The translations under genes were made by a program, and so were the position numbers. Positions 20,355-30,378 of a stretch of 64,000 nucleotides of DNA are shown piece by piece. Where the stretch lies: the NCBI GenBank assembly GCA_963707985.1, contig CAVPRW010000005.1, forward strand, positions 96,001 to 160,000, in the 5' to 3' direction. Each line of letters opens with the position of its first letter. The first letter of the stretch is position 1. The notes beneath the pieces were generated by a model that saw only the letters and a list, made by a program, of their open reading frames with translations, ran no database searches and had not been told where the DNA came from. This DNA is from an uncultured Nitrospinota bacterium (GTDB lineage Bacteria > Tectomicrobia > Entotheonellia > J063 > CAVPRW01).

Positions 20355-21527
20355 ATGCAGTTGCAGGGTGTTCGCGTGGTCGATCTGACCCGAATTCTCT
20401 CGGGACCATTCTGTTCGCTCCTGTTGGCAGATATGGGGGCTGAGGTGATCAAGGTCGAGCCGCCGGGTGGTGATCCCCTCCGTGGGCAAGGCGCGATCGT
20501 CGAAGGGCTGAGCTGGTACTTTGCCGCCTTCAATCGTAATAAACGCTCGATCGTCCTTAACCTCCGTCACGCATCAGGGAGGGCAGCGCTGCGGCGCCTG
20601 ATTGCCACTGCGGACGTGGTGGTCGAGAACTTTCGCCCCGGCGTCATGGCCGACTTGGACTTGGATTGGGCGCAATTGTCAAGCCTTCGCCCAGGGATCA
20701 TCCATACCAGCGTCACCGGATTCGGGGCACGAGGCCCCTATGCCGAGCGGCCTTCCTTTGACTTCATCGCTCAGGCGATGAGCGGCTTCATGAGTTGTAA
20801 CGGCACGCCGGAGACGGGTCCGATGCGTGCTGGCGCCCCCATCAGCGACCTCGTAGCCGGCCTGTATGCCGCGCTCGGCACCGTGGCGGCGTTGTATCGA
20901 CGGGTCCAGACCGGCCAAGGGGAACAGGTTGGCGTGGCCATGGTGGATAGTTTGTTGAGCCTAGGTGCCTTTCTGACCACCAACTTTTTCGCCACCGGCC
21001 AGCCACCCGTACCGACCGGGAACGATCATGCGCTTGTCGCACCCTACGGGTTGTTTACCGCCCAGGATGGCGAGCTCGCGATCGCGCCGAGTAACGACGG
21101 TGTGTATGCCAAGCTCCTCACTGCACTGGATCTCGAAACCTTACATGACCATGCCGAGTTTCGCACCAATGACCTCCGAGTGCAGCACCGTGCCGCCATC
21201 AATGCGCTCATCAATGCGCGTATCGCCCGGGCTCCTAAAGCCTACTGGATTGAGCAGTTGAATGCGGCTGGTGTGCCGTGCGGTGTGGTGATGAACCTGG
21301 CGGAGGTCTTTGCCGACCCTCAGGTGGCCTCGCAGGAGATGGTCCTGGCGATCCCACACCCTGGGCATGGGACCGTGAAGATGACCGGGTTCCCGCTCAA
21401 ATTTCGTGAAGCCCCGTGTACTGTACGGTATCCCGTACCGGAGTTGGGTGCGCATACCGCCAGCGTGCTGCGAACCTTGGGCTATAGTGATGCGGACATT
21501 AGCGACCAGTTTTCAGTTCCATTGTGA
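20355..21527 (+). CDS. CaiB/BaiF (class III) CoA-transferase
   Basis: DLTRILSGP..LADMGAEVIKVE; NRNKRS; ENFRPG. Confidence 0.93.
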   Translation: MQLQGVRVVDLTRILSGPFCSLLLADMGAEVIKVEPPGGDPLRGQGAIVEGLSWYFAAFNRNKRSIVLNLRHASGRAALRRLIATADVVVENFRPGVMADLDLDWAQLSSLRPGIIHTSVTGFGARGPYAERPSFDFIAQAMSGFMSCNGTPETGPMRAGAPISDLVAGLYAALGTVAALYRRVQTGQGEQVGVAMVDSLLSLGAFLTTNFFATGQPPVPTGNDHALVAPYGLFTAQDGELAIAPSNDGVYAKLLTALDLETLHDHAEFRTNDLRVQHRAAINALINARIARAPKAYWIEQLNAAGVPCGVVMNLAEVFADPQVASQEMVLAIPHPGHGTVKMTGFPLKFREAPCTVRYPVPELGAHTASVLRTLGYSDADISDQFSVPL

Positions 21528-21631
21528 GGCAAACCGCTTTATCCTTGTACGCACACGCCACAGTGCAGCAATTCGGGAGTGACAACGGCTTCGACACGTG
21601 AATCCAATGCTGCGGCGAGGGGGGAGGGCTG

Positions 21632-22783
21632 ATGCGGCAACGCAATGCGGTGATCGTCAACGGCAACACCCTCAGACTGGGGCTCTTCGGCCCCAATTGT
21701 TCGAGCGGCAGAACCTATGCGATGCTTCCCGAGAGCTGGGATGCCAGTTGGGAGAACAACGTCCGGCTGGCACAATTGGCTGATGAGGTTGGGATCGAAT
21801 GCATGATCCCGATTGCGCGCTGGAAGGGTTACGAGGGCGAGTCGAACCCCAACGGCTCCAGTTTTGAATCCATCGCCTGGGCCTGTGGCTTATTGGCCTC
21901 GACTCGGCGCATCAATGTGTTCTGCACGGTCCACGTCCCTCTGCACCATCCCGTCGCCGCTGCTAAGCAGATGGCCACGGCGGATCACATCGGCCAGGGA
22001 CGCCTCGGTGTCAACATTGTCTGTGGCTGGAACGAGGACGAGTTCCAGATGTTCGGGGTGTCGCAACACGAGCACGACGAGCGCTATGCGCAAGGTGAAG
22101 AATGGTGGAGTATCGTCAAGCGCATCTGGGCCGGCGGAGAGTCGTTCGACTACACGGGGACGCACTATCGACTCCGCGGCGTGGAAGGATTGCCAAAGCC
22201 CTATGGCGCCGGAGATCCGCTGATGATGAACGCCGGCAGCTCACCAGCCGGCCGCCGGTTCGCCATCCGCCACTCGGATATGCATTTCGATGGAGTCGAC
22301 ACGCCTGAGGCGAGTATCGATCGCATCGCAGAGACGAAGCGACTAGCGCGTGAAAGTGGTCGAGCCATCCAGGTATGGACGCCCGTGGGCATCGTTTGCC
22401 GCCCGACCCAGCGGGATGCTGTTGAGTACGTGCAGTATGTTGTCGACCACGCCGACTGGGGAGCGATCGGATATCGGGTCGAGAGGCAAGCGCACGACGC
22501 ACGCTTGCGGACCGATGCTGAGGGCCTGCGACGACGTAGCGGGAATAACCATATTCAGGTTGAGCGGCGGGTCCTGGCGCGAGGGGGCTGCTGTGCGATC
22601 GGAGATCCGGACGCTGTTGCCCAGGAGCTCGCTCGTCTGCAATCCGTGGGCTTGGACGGTCTGGCGCTCAACTTCGTCGACTATCTCCAAGAGCTACCAT
22701 ATTTCGCCGCGGAAGTCCTGCCACGGGTAGAGCGGCTTGGGCTGCGCGCGGCCACCACTCGCCAACCAACCATATCGCGATAG
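21632..22783 (+). CDS. LLM-class flavin-dependent monooxygenase
   Basis: PIARWKGY, ATADHIGQGRLGVNIVCGW, NAGSSPAG. Confidence 0.9.
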   Translation: MRQRNAVIVNGNTLRLGLFGPNCSSGRTYAMLPESWDASWENNVRLAQLADEVGIECMIPIARWKGYEGESNPNGSSFESIAWACGLLASTRRINVFCTVHVPLHHPVAAAKQMATADHIGQGRLGVNIVCGWNEDEFQMFGVSQHEHDERYAQGEEWWSIVKRIWAGGESFDYTGTHYRLRGVEGLPKPYGAGDPLMMNAGSSPAGRRFAIRHSDMHFDGVDTPEASIDRIAETKRLARESGRAIQVWTPVGIVCRPTQRDAVEYVQYVVDHADWGAIGYRVERQAHDARLRTDAEGLRRRSGNNHIQVERRVLARGGCCAIGDPDAVAQELARLQSVGLDGLALNFVDYLQELPYFAAEVLPRVERLGLRAATTRQPTISR

Positions 22784-22797
22784 GGAGGAGCACACGC

Positions 22798-24036
22798 ATG
22801 GCACGTGGAAAGACGACCGTACGCGGGAGAGCACCTCTGGCACGGGATAGTCAGCAGTGGATGCTGGATTATCTGATCCAGGAGACCGGCAAAGTCTTCC
22901 ATTTCCAAGGAGACGGGCGAGGTCGCCTGCCTAGAAGCGTGCGCAGCCATGACATGATCAGCAAGCACCTGGGATTGCAGGCGCGTCGCATGGAAGCACT
23001 GGCGAAGTCTGAGGCAGCCGCCGGCCATCCAGAGACGGCGCTGGACTTCTACTTCCAGGCGACCGCGCTGTATGGCGGGGCCCAACATATCATCTTCGAG
23101 ACCAACGACGAGAAACGCTATTTGTATGCCGGCGTCCGCCGCTGTTATGACCAGGTGATCGCCCTGGCGCCCTACCGACTCGAGCACCTTGACATCCCCT
23201 GGAACGGGACGCTGGTCTCGGGTAACCTGCATCTCTGCCCCAATCGGACCTCCGCCCCGTTGGTCTTCTACCTCCCCGGCTGCGACAGCCTTAAGGAAGT
23301 CTGGCCGCATCCGTTCTTCAATGCTGCCCATCAGCGTGGCATGCACGTGTTCTCCTTCGACGGGCCGGGGCACCCGGAGAGCAATCTACGTGGCATCCGC
23401 CTGACGGCGGACAACTTTGAGGACGCCGCTAGCACCGTCTTGGACTACCTGCTGCAGCGGCCGGAGATCGACGCCACACAGATCGGTGTCTACAGCATCA
23501 GTCTCGCGGCATTCTGGGGCATGCGTTTCGCCGCCCGCGACCGGCGCATTCGCGCCATCGCCGCGCCCGCCGCCTCCATCGCGGAAAAGTACTTCCTCAT
23601 GGATCTGGAGTCGCCACGCTGGAAGCAGTTGTTTGCCTACACGACCCAGTCAAAAACCGAAGCGGAGTTGGATGCGGTGATAAGTGACATGACGCTCGAC
23701 GGCTACATGGCCCAAATCACCTGCCCGACACTGTTGGCGGTCGGCGAGTACGACCCGCGCGGCCCGATCGAGGAGATCTACCGGATGTTCGACCAGCTAA
23801 CAGCGCCGGCCGAGCTCTGGGTCTTCGCCGATCAGCACCACATGCCGTCGATTGGCGCGGGGGAGAGTAACACGAATTGGGCTGCCCCCTTGCATGGCGC
23901 CATGTGTGACTGGCTGCGCGACCGCCTTGCCGACAAGCCGTTGCGCCATCCGGGTCAGGTGGTATACGTCGAGCCTAACAGTGGTGGGCCGAACAGCGCG
24001 ACGGTGGCGCTCAAGCGCAGGTGGTATGAAGCCTAG
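22798..24036 (+). CDS. Alpha/beta hydrolase (FrsA/2,6-dihydroxypseudooxynicotine hydrolase-like)
   Basis: PGCDSLKE, FDGPGH, RPEIDATQIGVYSISLAA, GEYDP. Confidence 0.75.
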   Translation: MARGKTTVRGRAPLARDSQQWMLDYLIQETGKVFHFQGDGRGRLPRSVRSHDMISKHLGLQARRMEALAKSEAAAGHPETALDFYFQATALYGGAQHIIFETNDEKRYLYAGVRRCYDQVIALAPYRLEHLDIPWNGTLVSGNLHLCPNRTSAPLVFYLPGCDSLKEVWPHPFFNAAHQRGMHVFSFDGPGHPESNLRGIRLTADNFEDAASTVLDYLLQRPEIDATQIGVYSISLAAFWGMRFAARDRRIRAIAAPAASIAEKYFLMDLESPRWKQLFAYTTQSKTEAELDAVISDMTLDGYMAQITCPTLLAVGEYDPRGPIEEIYRMFDQLTAPAELWVFADQHHMPSIGAGESNTNWAAPLHGAMCDWLRDRLADKPLRHPGQVVYVEPNSGGPNSATVALKRRWYEA

Positions 24037-24297
24037 CTCATACGACCGGCAAGCCATGGCCATGCCGGCAGTTCCCATACCGTACACGATACCGAGGGCA
24101 TGGCGTCGATGCGACAGTCTGCTGCCATGCCACCGCCCGTGGTATCGACAGGGCACCATAAACGTGCCGTCGAGGCTGGGTAGGCTTGTGTTCGGTCGAT
24201 CAGCTGCCGCAGGACCAAAGTTGGGGGCTACTCTAGGCACGGCCGTGCTGTTGTGATACTGTGTGCCGCAGGGGATAGGGGCTGGATGTGCTGATTT

Positions 24298-24831
24298 TCA
24301 CGCTGAGCGTTCAACTGCGGGAGGTTCCAACAACCACAACACCCTGTGCTCTTCGTCGACATAGGTATCGCCGACTTTGAGCGCATGTCGCTCATACCCA
24401 TATACCTCGAAACCCAAAGCGCTGTAGAGTCGGCGCGCGGCTTCCTGTCGGACCGATACGCTCAGCTTGACTTGCTCAAGACCAGGATAGCCGCGCACCC
24501 GATCTAACATTTGCGTCAGCATGGCTTTTGCCACCCCTTGGCCTCGCGCTGTGGCGGTCACATACACCCCCCAGATACTGCCTTTGTGGTGTTCTTTGCG
24601 TACTTCATACCGGATGAAGCCGGCCTGACCGACCATCTGACTGCCTTCGAAAGCCCCAACCAGGAAGTTACCCTCCGGCACAGCGCGTAATCGGGATCCC
24701 ACACTGTCGGGCGGCCATGCGGGTGGATCTTCCGGCGCACGTCCAAAGGCATAGGGCTCGCGTGTTAAGGCCTCGTGGCGAAGCCGCACAAATTCGTCAA
24801 CGTCGTGCTCAGTCAGAAGACGGATTTCCAT
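24298..24831 (-). CDS. GNAT N-acetyltransferase
   Basis: WGVYVTATARGQGVA; ARRLYSALGF. Confidence 0.9.
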   Translation of the reverse strand: MEIRLLTEHDVDEFVRLRHEALTREPYAFGRAPEDPPAWPPDSVGSRLRAVPEGNFLVGAFEGSQMVGQAGFIRYEVRKEHHKGSIWGVYVTATARGQGVAKAMLTQMLDRVRGYPGLEQVKLSVSVRQEAARRLYSALGFEVYGYERHALKVGDTYVDEEHRVLWLLEPPAVERSA

Positions 24832-25144
24832 CGCCCAGCTCGTACGGTATAGGCGGCTGATCCACGTGTTCATGCCCATTGGCCATCTGTCCAGCCGCAA
24901 CAAGCGCGAGCGCGAGCAGGTGTTGTCCATGACGGGTCGCGTGCAGTCGGCACGCCGCACGGGCCAGGGCGAGCGCCTGCGCCGGACGATCGCCGGCACA
25001 CAGTGCGGCCCGTGCGGCCTCACGCAGCTCCCAGGCTTTCGCCGCAACGCGCATGATCACACTCAAATCGCTCCCACAGCGCGGGCATATGGTCACGCCG
25101 CGCCATGGGGTCCGGCAGGTTGGACAGCGGAGTGCCTCACTCAT
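24809..25144 (-). CDS. Zinc-ribbon (CxxC-x9-CxxC) plus TPR-like helical protein
   Basis: CPTC...CPRCGSDL; start overlaps Hsp70 stop. Confidence 0.75.
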   Translation of the reverse strand: MSEALRCPTCRTPWRGVTICPRCGSDLSVIMRVAAKAWELREAARAALCAGDRPAQALALARAACRLHATRHGQHLLALALVAAGQMANGHEHVDQPPIPYELGDGNPSSD

Positions 25145-26928
25145 CCTTCTTCCACGTAGAACAACAGGTCGGCGAGATCAGTCGACGCTTCACGGAGCTG
25201 GTCCCAATCCTGCGCGTTCATCGCCGCCTCTAGCTGTTCGTGCAACGCAATCGCCTCTTCACGATCTTCGGAGGTCATCTTGTCGAGTAGGCGCCGACTG
25301 CGCTCCAGAAGGGCACGCGCTTCGGAGATCTGCACGCGCTGGTCGCGTCCGTCTCCTTCTTCGGTGAACTCCCCTTCAACCACGGTATCGTCCGCATCCA
25401 GATCATCCTCATCCTCGTCCCCAAAGAGCTCGGCTGTGCGACGCCGGGCCTGAGCGATCTCATCCTCGGACAGAGCCGTGGTGGCGCCTTCGATAGTGAT
25501 GTGTTTGGCGAGGCCAGTGCGCTTTTCGGTCGCGGTTACGCGCAAGATGCCGTCGAGGTCGAGGTCCATGCGGCATAGAATCTCATTGCCCGCTGGCACC
25601 CGCGACAGCCCTTCGATTAGGAACTGGCCAACGAGGATGTTATTGAGAGCGTCGGGATCGTCCCCTTGATAGATGGACACCCGCCAGGCTTCCTGGTTGT
25701 CTACGACGGTGAAGTACGAGTCGGTGCGACTGACCGGCAAGGGGGTGTTGCGAGCAATGATCGGATGGTAACAGTGTTCATAGGGTACGCTGTGCCGGAA
25801 ACCCAGGTGTGATGGGCCGAAGGAGTATGGGGAGATATCGACCAGCACGCGATCCACATCATGACCGGCCAGGCGAGCGGCCAGCACACCAGCGCCGAGG
25901 GCGACACAGAGATCCGGGTGGAGGTCCTGGCGCGGCACCAGGCCAGTCTTTTCCTCCAGGAGCCTCGAGATGAGTGGCGTACGCGTGGCGCCACCGACCA
26001 GGAGGATGTCGTCCACCTGATCGGGACGCTTACCGGCATCCGCCAAGGCCTGGTGCACGCTGTCGAGCGTGCCCTCGATCAGGTGGCGAATGAGATCCTC
26101 GTACTCCTCCCGCGACACTTCCAAGTCGAGGTGTACCGGCACGCCAGCGCGCTCGGCCAGGTGTTCTTCACGGATCTGGGCATAGGGCTCAAAACTCAGG
26201 CGCTTCTTCGCCTCCTCAACGGCGTGCAAGAGCCGGCTCATCGCCCGACGGTCCGCCCGTAGGTCCGGCCCTCCCGTGGCCCGAAAGCGCTCGTGGACGA
26301 AATCCAACAGGAGTTGGTCAAAATCATCGCCCCCCAGGTGGGTATTGCCATGGCTCGCGAGCACCTCAGTAATCTCGCCGTGCACTTGCACCAAGGAAAC
26401 ATCGAAGGTGCCGCCCCCCAGGTCGTAGACCAGTACCGTCCGATCCTCATGACGATCGGCACCATAGGCCAATGCTGCGGCAGTTGGCTCGTTGAGGATG
26501 CGCACGACCTCGAGGCCGGCGATCTCCCCCGCGTCACGCGTGGCCTGACGCTGTGCGTCCGAGAAATAGGCCGGTACCGTGATCACGGCCCGCGACACCG
26601 GAGCGCCCAACGCCGCCTCGGCTCGCGTTTTGAGGGCACGTAGAATCAGCGCCGAGATCTCGGCAGGGGAGTACGTCTGCTCGCCGAGCACTACCCGCTG
26701 GTCCGTACCCATGAGGCGTTTGATCGACTTCACCGTGCGCTCTGGGTAAAGGATGTACTGGTTGCGCGCCGGGGTCCCGACCAGTAATTGCCCTTCAGGA
26801 GAGAGCCCCACATACGAGGGCATGATCTGTTCTCCATCGCTGGCCAGCACTTCGACTTTCCCGCCAAGGAGCATGGCGACTTCGGAGTTGGTCGTGCCCA
26901 GGTCGATACCTACAATGTTGTCAGCCAT
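25141..26928 (-). CDS. Hsp70 family chaperone (non-canonical DnaK paralog)
   Basis: GIDLGTTNS, VITVPAYF, NEPTAAALAYG, DLGGGTFDVS, LVGGATRTP. Confidence 0.95.
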   Translation of the reverse strand: MADNIVGIDLGTTNSEVAMLLGGKVEVLASDGEQIMPSYVGLSPEGQLLVGTPARNQYILYPERTVKSIKRLMGTDQRVVLGEQTYSPAEISALILRALKTRAEAALGAPVSRAVITVPAYFSDAQRQATRDAGEIAGLEVVRILNEPTAAALAYGADRHEDRTVLVYDLGGGTFDVSLVQVHGEITEVLASHGNTHLGGDDFDQLLLDFVHERFRATGGPDLRADRRAMSRLLHAVEEAKKRLSFEPYAQIREEHLAERAGVPVHLDLEVSREEYEDLIRHLIEGTLDSVHQALADAGKRPDQVDDILLVGGATRTPLISRLLEEKTGLVPRQDLHPDLCVALGAGVLAARLAGHDVDRVLVDISPYSFGPSHLGFRHSVPYEHCYHPIIARNTPLPVSRTDSYFTVVDNQEAWRVSIYQGDDPDALNNILVGQFLIEGLSRVPAGNEILCRMDLDLDGILRVTATEKRTGLAKHITIEGATTALSEDEIAQARRRTAELFGDEDEDDLDADDTVVEGEFTEEGDGRDQRVQISEARALLERSRRLLDKMTSEDREEAIALHEQLEAAMNAQDWDQLREASTDLADLLFYVEEG

Positions 26929-27628
26929 GGTCTGGCTCTCCTGTCGTGGTCGGCATGCCGCCGACGACCTTCACTTCGGCGACGCGCAACACACGGCCAT
27001 TGCTGATATAGCCTGGGCGGAAGACGTCGACAACTGTCCCAGGCGCTGCGTCCGACACTTGCACCACCTCCACAGCCTGCATCACGGTAGGGTCGAACGC
27101 CCGTCCCACACACGGGATCTCCTGTACATCAAGTCGGCGCAGCAGATCATCGAAGCGCTCCCGTGCCAGCAGGTTACCCTCCACCAGCGCTTCGAGCACC
27201 GGGCGCTGGCCGAAGTGTGCGCGAAAGCCCTGCAGACTCTCGATGCGGCGCTGGGCCTCTGTCAAACCCCGCGTAAAGCGGTCGCGGACGTCGAGCAACT
27301 CAGTGATCAATTCAAGACGGGCCTCACGCCGGGCTTCTACCAGCTTTCGCGCCATGGCCTCAGGGCTGGTCGCAGTCTCAGCCAGTTGTGTGAGAGCGGC
27401 GCTCAGCTCGGCGTGCAGACGGCTGGTGGCTCGGCCCTGGAGTTGGGTCTCGCGCGTCAGGGCGGTGAGTTGGCTGAGCATGGAAAAGAGATCGGGGGCT
27501 GGCTCCGAAGACCCCATGATCTCAGGCGCCAGTCCAGGGGGTGGAGACTCCGCCTGAGTCAGATCATTGAGCCAGGTGGCGATCGCCTCGACCATCTGCT
27601 GACGGCGTTCCGGGTCAAGGCTATTCAC
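26921..27628 (-). CDS. GrpE-like nucleotide exchange factor with N-terminal extension
   Basis: GRAFDPTVMQAV...FRPGY..GRVLRVAEVKV. Confidence 0.85.
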   Translation of the reverse strand: MNSLDPERRQQMVEAIATWLNDLTQAESPPPGLAPEIMGSSEPAPDLFSMLSQLTALTRETQLQGRATSRLHAELSAALTQLAETATSPEAMARKLVEARREARLELITELLDVRDRFTRGLTEAQRRIESLQGFRAHFGQRPVLEALVEGNLLARERFDDLLRRLDVQEIPCVGRAFDPTVMQAVEVVQVSDAAPGTVVDVFRPGYISNGRVLRVAEVKVVGGMPTTTGEPDHG

Positions 27629-27915
27629 CGACGACCCTCCCGCAGGACGTTGAGCCAGGGGCCGGGCCCGACGTAGCGTCGCTCCTTCGGCATGGCGTCA
27701 AGGAGCTCATCAAAAGTCGCCAACGGAGGCGGACCAAACAGCCGTAGCGCCAGGCGCCGCTCATGGTCTTGTAACGCCTCATAGGCCTCACGGATACGGC
27801 GGAAGCCCTCTGGGTCGCGATCAGGCGGAGATTTTCGTACCGCCGCCAGGTACGCGGCTCGGACGGCCTCATCGTCTGCCGTCTCTTCCAAACCCAGAAC
27901 CGTGAACGGGTTCAT
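27625..27915 (-). CDS. Small J-domain protein with atypical motif (SPPD)
   Basis: NPFTVLGL...VRAAYLAAVRKSPPDRDPEGFRRIREAYEAL. Confidence 0.8.
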   Translation of the reverse strand: MNPFTVLGLEETADDEAVRAAYLAAVRKSPPDRDPEGFRRIREAYEALQDHERRLALRLFGPPPLATFDELLDAMPKERRYVGPGPWLNVLREGRR

Positions 27916-27929
27916 CGTCTCCCTTCCAA

Positions 27930-30359
27930 TCAGGTAAACAAGCCCTCGAATAGCCCCCGCAGCGATGGCCGTCGTGATGATTTGCGCTGACGCCGCCGCC
28001 TCGGCTCTCGGGTATGGGTGAAACGCGGCGTTGCTCGGTGTCGGCGTTCGGAGTTGATCGTGCGCTGGATTTCTTCCTGCGTCGCGGGTGACTCGGACGC
28101 AGCCGGGCCGTCCCACATCCATGGGAGGAGCCAGCTTCCTGCAGAGAGCGTTTGTAGCGCGGCTGAGGCCTCACGCACAGCGTCCATGTCACGGGCTCGT
28201 CCAGCCAATTCGCGCGCCGCGCGGAGACACTGATGGGCGCGTTCCTGCGCTTCGATGCCGGTGGCAGCTTTGAGGGCCTGGCCGCGCGCCAGGAGAAAGC
28301 GGTGCAGCAGCATGCCATCCTGAGCCAGGCCATGGGAGGAGGCGACATAGGTGAGGGCCGGGTTGCCGATCCACAAGCCGCCCATACATAGCGCCTGGAG
28401 CTGTGACACCGAGGCGGTCTTCAGGCCTTTCTCGGCCTGTGCCACCAATGTCTGGGGCACACTGAGCGGACGGTTCAGCGCCCGGAACAGGTCACAGCCC
28501 CGCGCCAGAGCCTCGATGGCCTCCGCTGGTGAAGGTTTCGCCAACGGCTTGGGTGGCTCGATCCCAAAGGACCTGGCGACCGCTTCTAGAAGAAGATCGG
28601 AGAGGGCTGGGTTCCCCACATTGGTGGCAAGCGTTTGCTCGAGTTGCTCGGCAGTCGAGGCGTCCGCTGCTTTCCGCGCCACCACCCAGCGCAACGCCAA
28701 CAGATAGGCCCGATGATCCCCCTCGGCGGCTCGCGGTTCCTGCTCTAGGCGATCGAGGTCTGTCAGCGCCAGCGTCAGCTTGCCTTCCTTGATTCGCCGC
28801 TCAGCTCCGGCCAGGAGCAAGCGAAAGCGACTTTGTCGCACCTCCGGATGGACGCGATTGATCGCCTCGGCCTCGGCGAGGAGGTTGAGTGCTTTGCGCA
28901 CGGCACCGCGGCCCTCAGCTGCATGAATCAGGTAGAGCAGAGGCTCCAGGTCCTGGGGATGGGCGCGGCGCCAAGCCTCCGCTGCGGCCTCGGCGCGCTT
29001 GGGTTGACGCTGATCATGATGCGCGACGAGGGCGCGAAACACCTGTGGGTCGGGGTCTGCTTCCCGAGCCCGCTCCAATAATCCGCCGCGATCGAAACAG
29101 GCCGGCAGCTGGCCAGCGCGCACACGCCGTTGCAAGGCTTCCTCGGACTCCACATCGAAGATGTCCCACACCTCCTCCGGATCGTTCGGAAAGAGTGCGG
29201 CCATATGCAGCAATACGCGTGACAACTCTGGCCCCTTGGCTGGGAGGATGCCGGCCGTAACGGCCACGGTGACATATTCATCCCACAGCACAAGGGCATC
29301 GCTCCAATCCATGCGTTCGATGGTCAGCGCCATCAGCCGCAGGAGGTCCAGATCCTGCTTCCCCCTGGAAAGGATGCGCATCAAAGGTTGCGGGGGCAGG
29401 TCCTGGTGGTACCAGTGGTGTAGGATGGTGGCCAGAAATGTCGATCTGAGCCCAGAGTGGGACGCCTCGAGCCGCGGCAGCACCGCCTGCACCGCTGCCA
29501 CCGCTGCCCGTACATTTTTGGTGTTCAGCGCCTGGGTCAGCTGGGCGAGATGCCTCTCGATCATGGTCCGACCACCGCTCACTTGGTCGAGGAGGGTGGC
29601 GACAGCCACCGACCGCTCCTCCGTGGGCGTGTTCTCTGCAATCAGATGCCGGAGCACTGGGACCAGACGCCCTGGGCCTGAGTCCGGCGGGATGCCGTCC
29701 AGGTTGGCCGTGACAGACGCGTCGGCACCACGATAGAGCGCATCCAGGGCTCTGATTAAAAGCTTCCACGGCGCCAGCGGCGAGTGACGAGAGACCTCGT
29801 CCAAAGCCGCGAGCGCCCCATCAGGGAGAGGACCGGTCGTCACCGCGGTGAAGAGGTCTCGCACGGCGATGGCCGTGCGCTTGAGTGGATGATCGGCTGG
29901 CAGGGCAGTGGAATCGGCCAGCACGGCAGGGTCATGCAGAGTCCGGGTGAGGGTTGCCTCTAACTCACGCCGCTGAGCGGGCGTAGCACGAGATAGTTCG
30001 ATCAGGAGCGGGTCGAAATTCCCGCTGGCGACCTCACTCTGGCGAATCAAGGGAGCCACTCGCCCCTGAGCGGCGGGAAACCGTTCGCTGACCAGCAACG
30101 CCAGCGCCCGGGCTTCCTGATGCATACCGCTCGCCATCAAGGCTTGGATACGTGCCTGGTAGGCTTCCACGGCCAGAGCCTCGGCCTCTGGACCGGGTGC
30201 CTCTTTGAGGTATTGCTTGGCAGCCTCCACCGCTTCCCGTGTCTGACCGCGGGCGAGCAGCGCCTCGATGTGGGCCCGCCAGCCCTCAGAGCCAAGGCCG
30301 GCTATGCTCTGCGGCGCCCCCTTGGCACGGTGGTGTTTGTGTTTTTGGCGCTTCGGCAT
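27930..30359 (-). CDS. Large (809 aa) alpha-helical/TPR-like hypothetical protein
   Basis: Long Ala/Leu/Arg-rich ORF with basic termini; GAGGTG RBS; first gene of chaperone cluster. Confidence 0.8.
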   Translation of the reverse strand: MPKRQKHKHHRAKGAPQSIAGLGSEGWRAHIEALLARGQTREAVEAAKQYLKEAPGPEAEALAVEAYQARIQALMASGMHQEARALALLVSERFPAAQGRVAPLIRQSEVASGNFDPLLIELSRATPAQRRELEATLTRTLHDPAVLADSTALPADHPLKRTAIAVRDLFTAVTTGPLPDGALAALDEVSRHSPLAPWKLLIRALDALYRGADASVTANLDGIPPDSGPGRLVPVLRHLIAENTPTEERSVAVATLLDQVSGGRTMIERHLAQLTQALNTKNVRAAVAAVQAVLPRLEASHSGLRSTFLATILHHWYHQDLPPQPLMRILSRGKQDLDLLRLMALTIERMDWSDALVLWDEYVTVAVTAGILPAKGPELSRVLLHMAALFPNDPEEVWDIFDVESEEALQRRVRAGQLPACFDRGGLLERAREADPDPQVFRALVAHHDQRQPKRAEAAAEAWRRAHPQDLEPLLYLIHAAEGRGAVRKALNLLAEAEAINRVHPEVRQSRFRLLLAGAERRIKEGKLTLALTDLDRLEQEPRAAEGDHRAYLLALRWVVARKAADASTAEQLEQTLATNVGNPALSDLLLEAVARSFGIEPPKPLAKPSPAEAIEALARGCDLFRALNRPLSVPQTLVAQAEKGLKTASVSQLQALCMGGLWIGNPALTYVASSHGLAQDGMLLHRFLLARGQALKAATGIEAQERAHQCLRAARELAGRARDMDAVREASAALQTLSAGSWLLPWMWDGPAASESPATQEEIQRTINSERRHRATPRFTHTREPRRRRQRKSSRRPSLRGLFEGLFT

Positions 30360-30378
30360 GCGACACCTCTTGCGGCGA

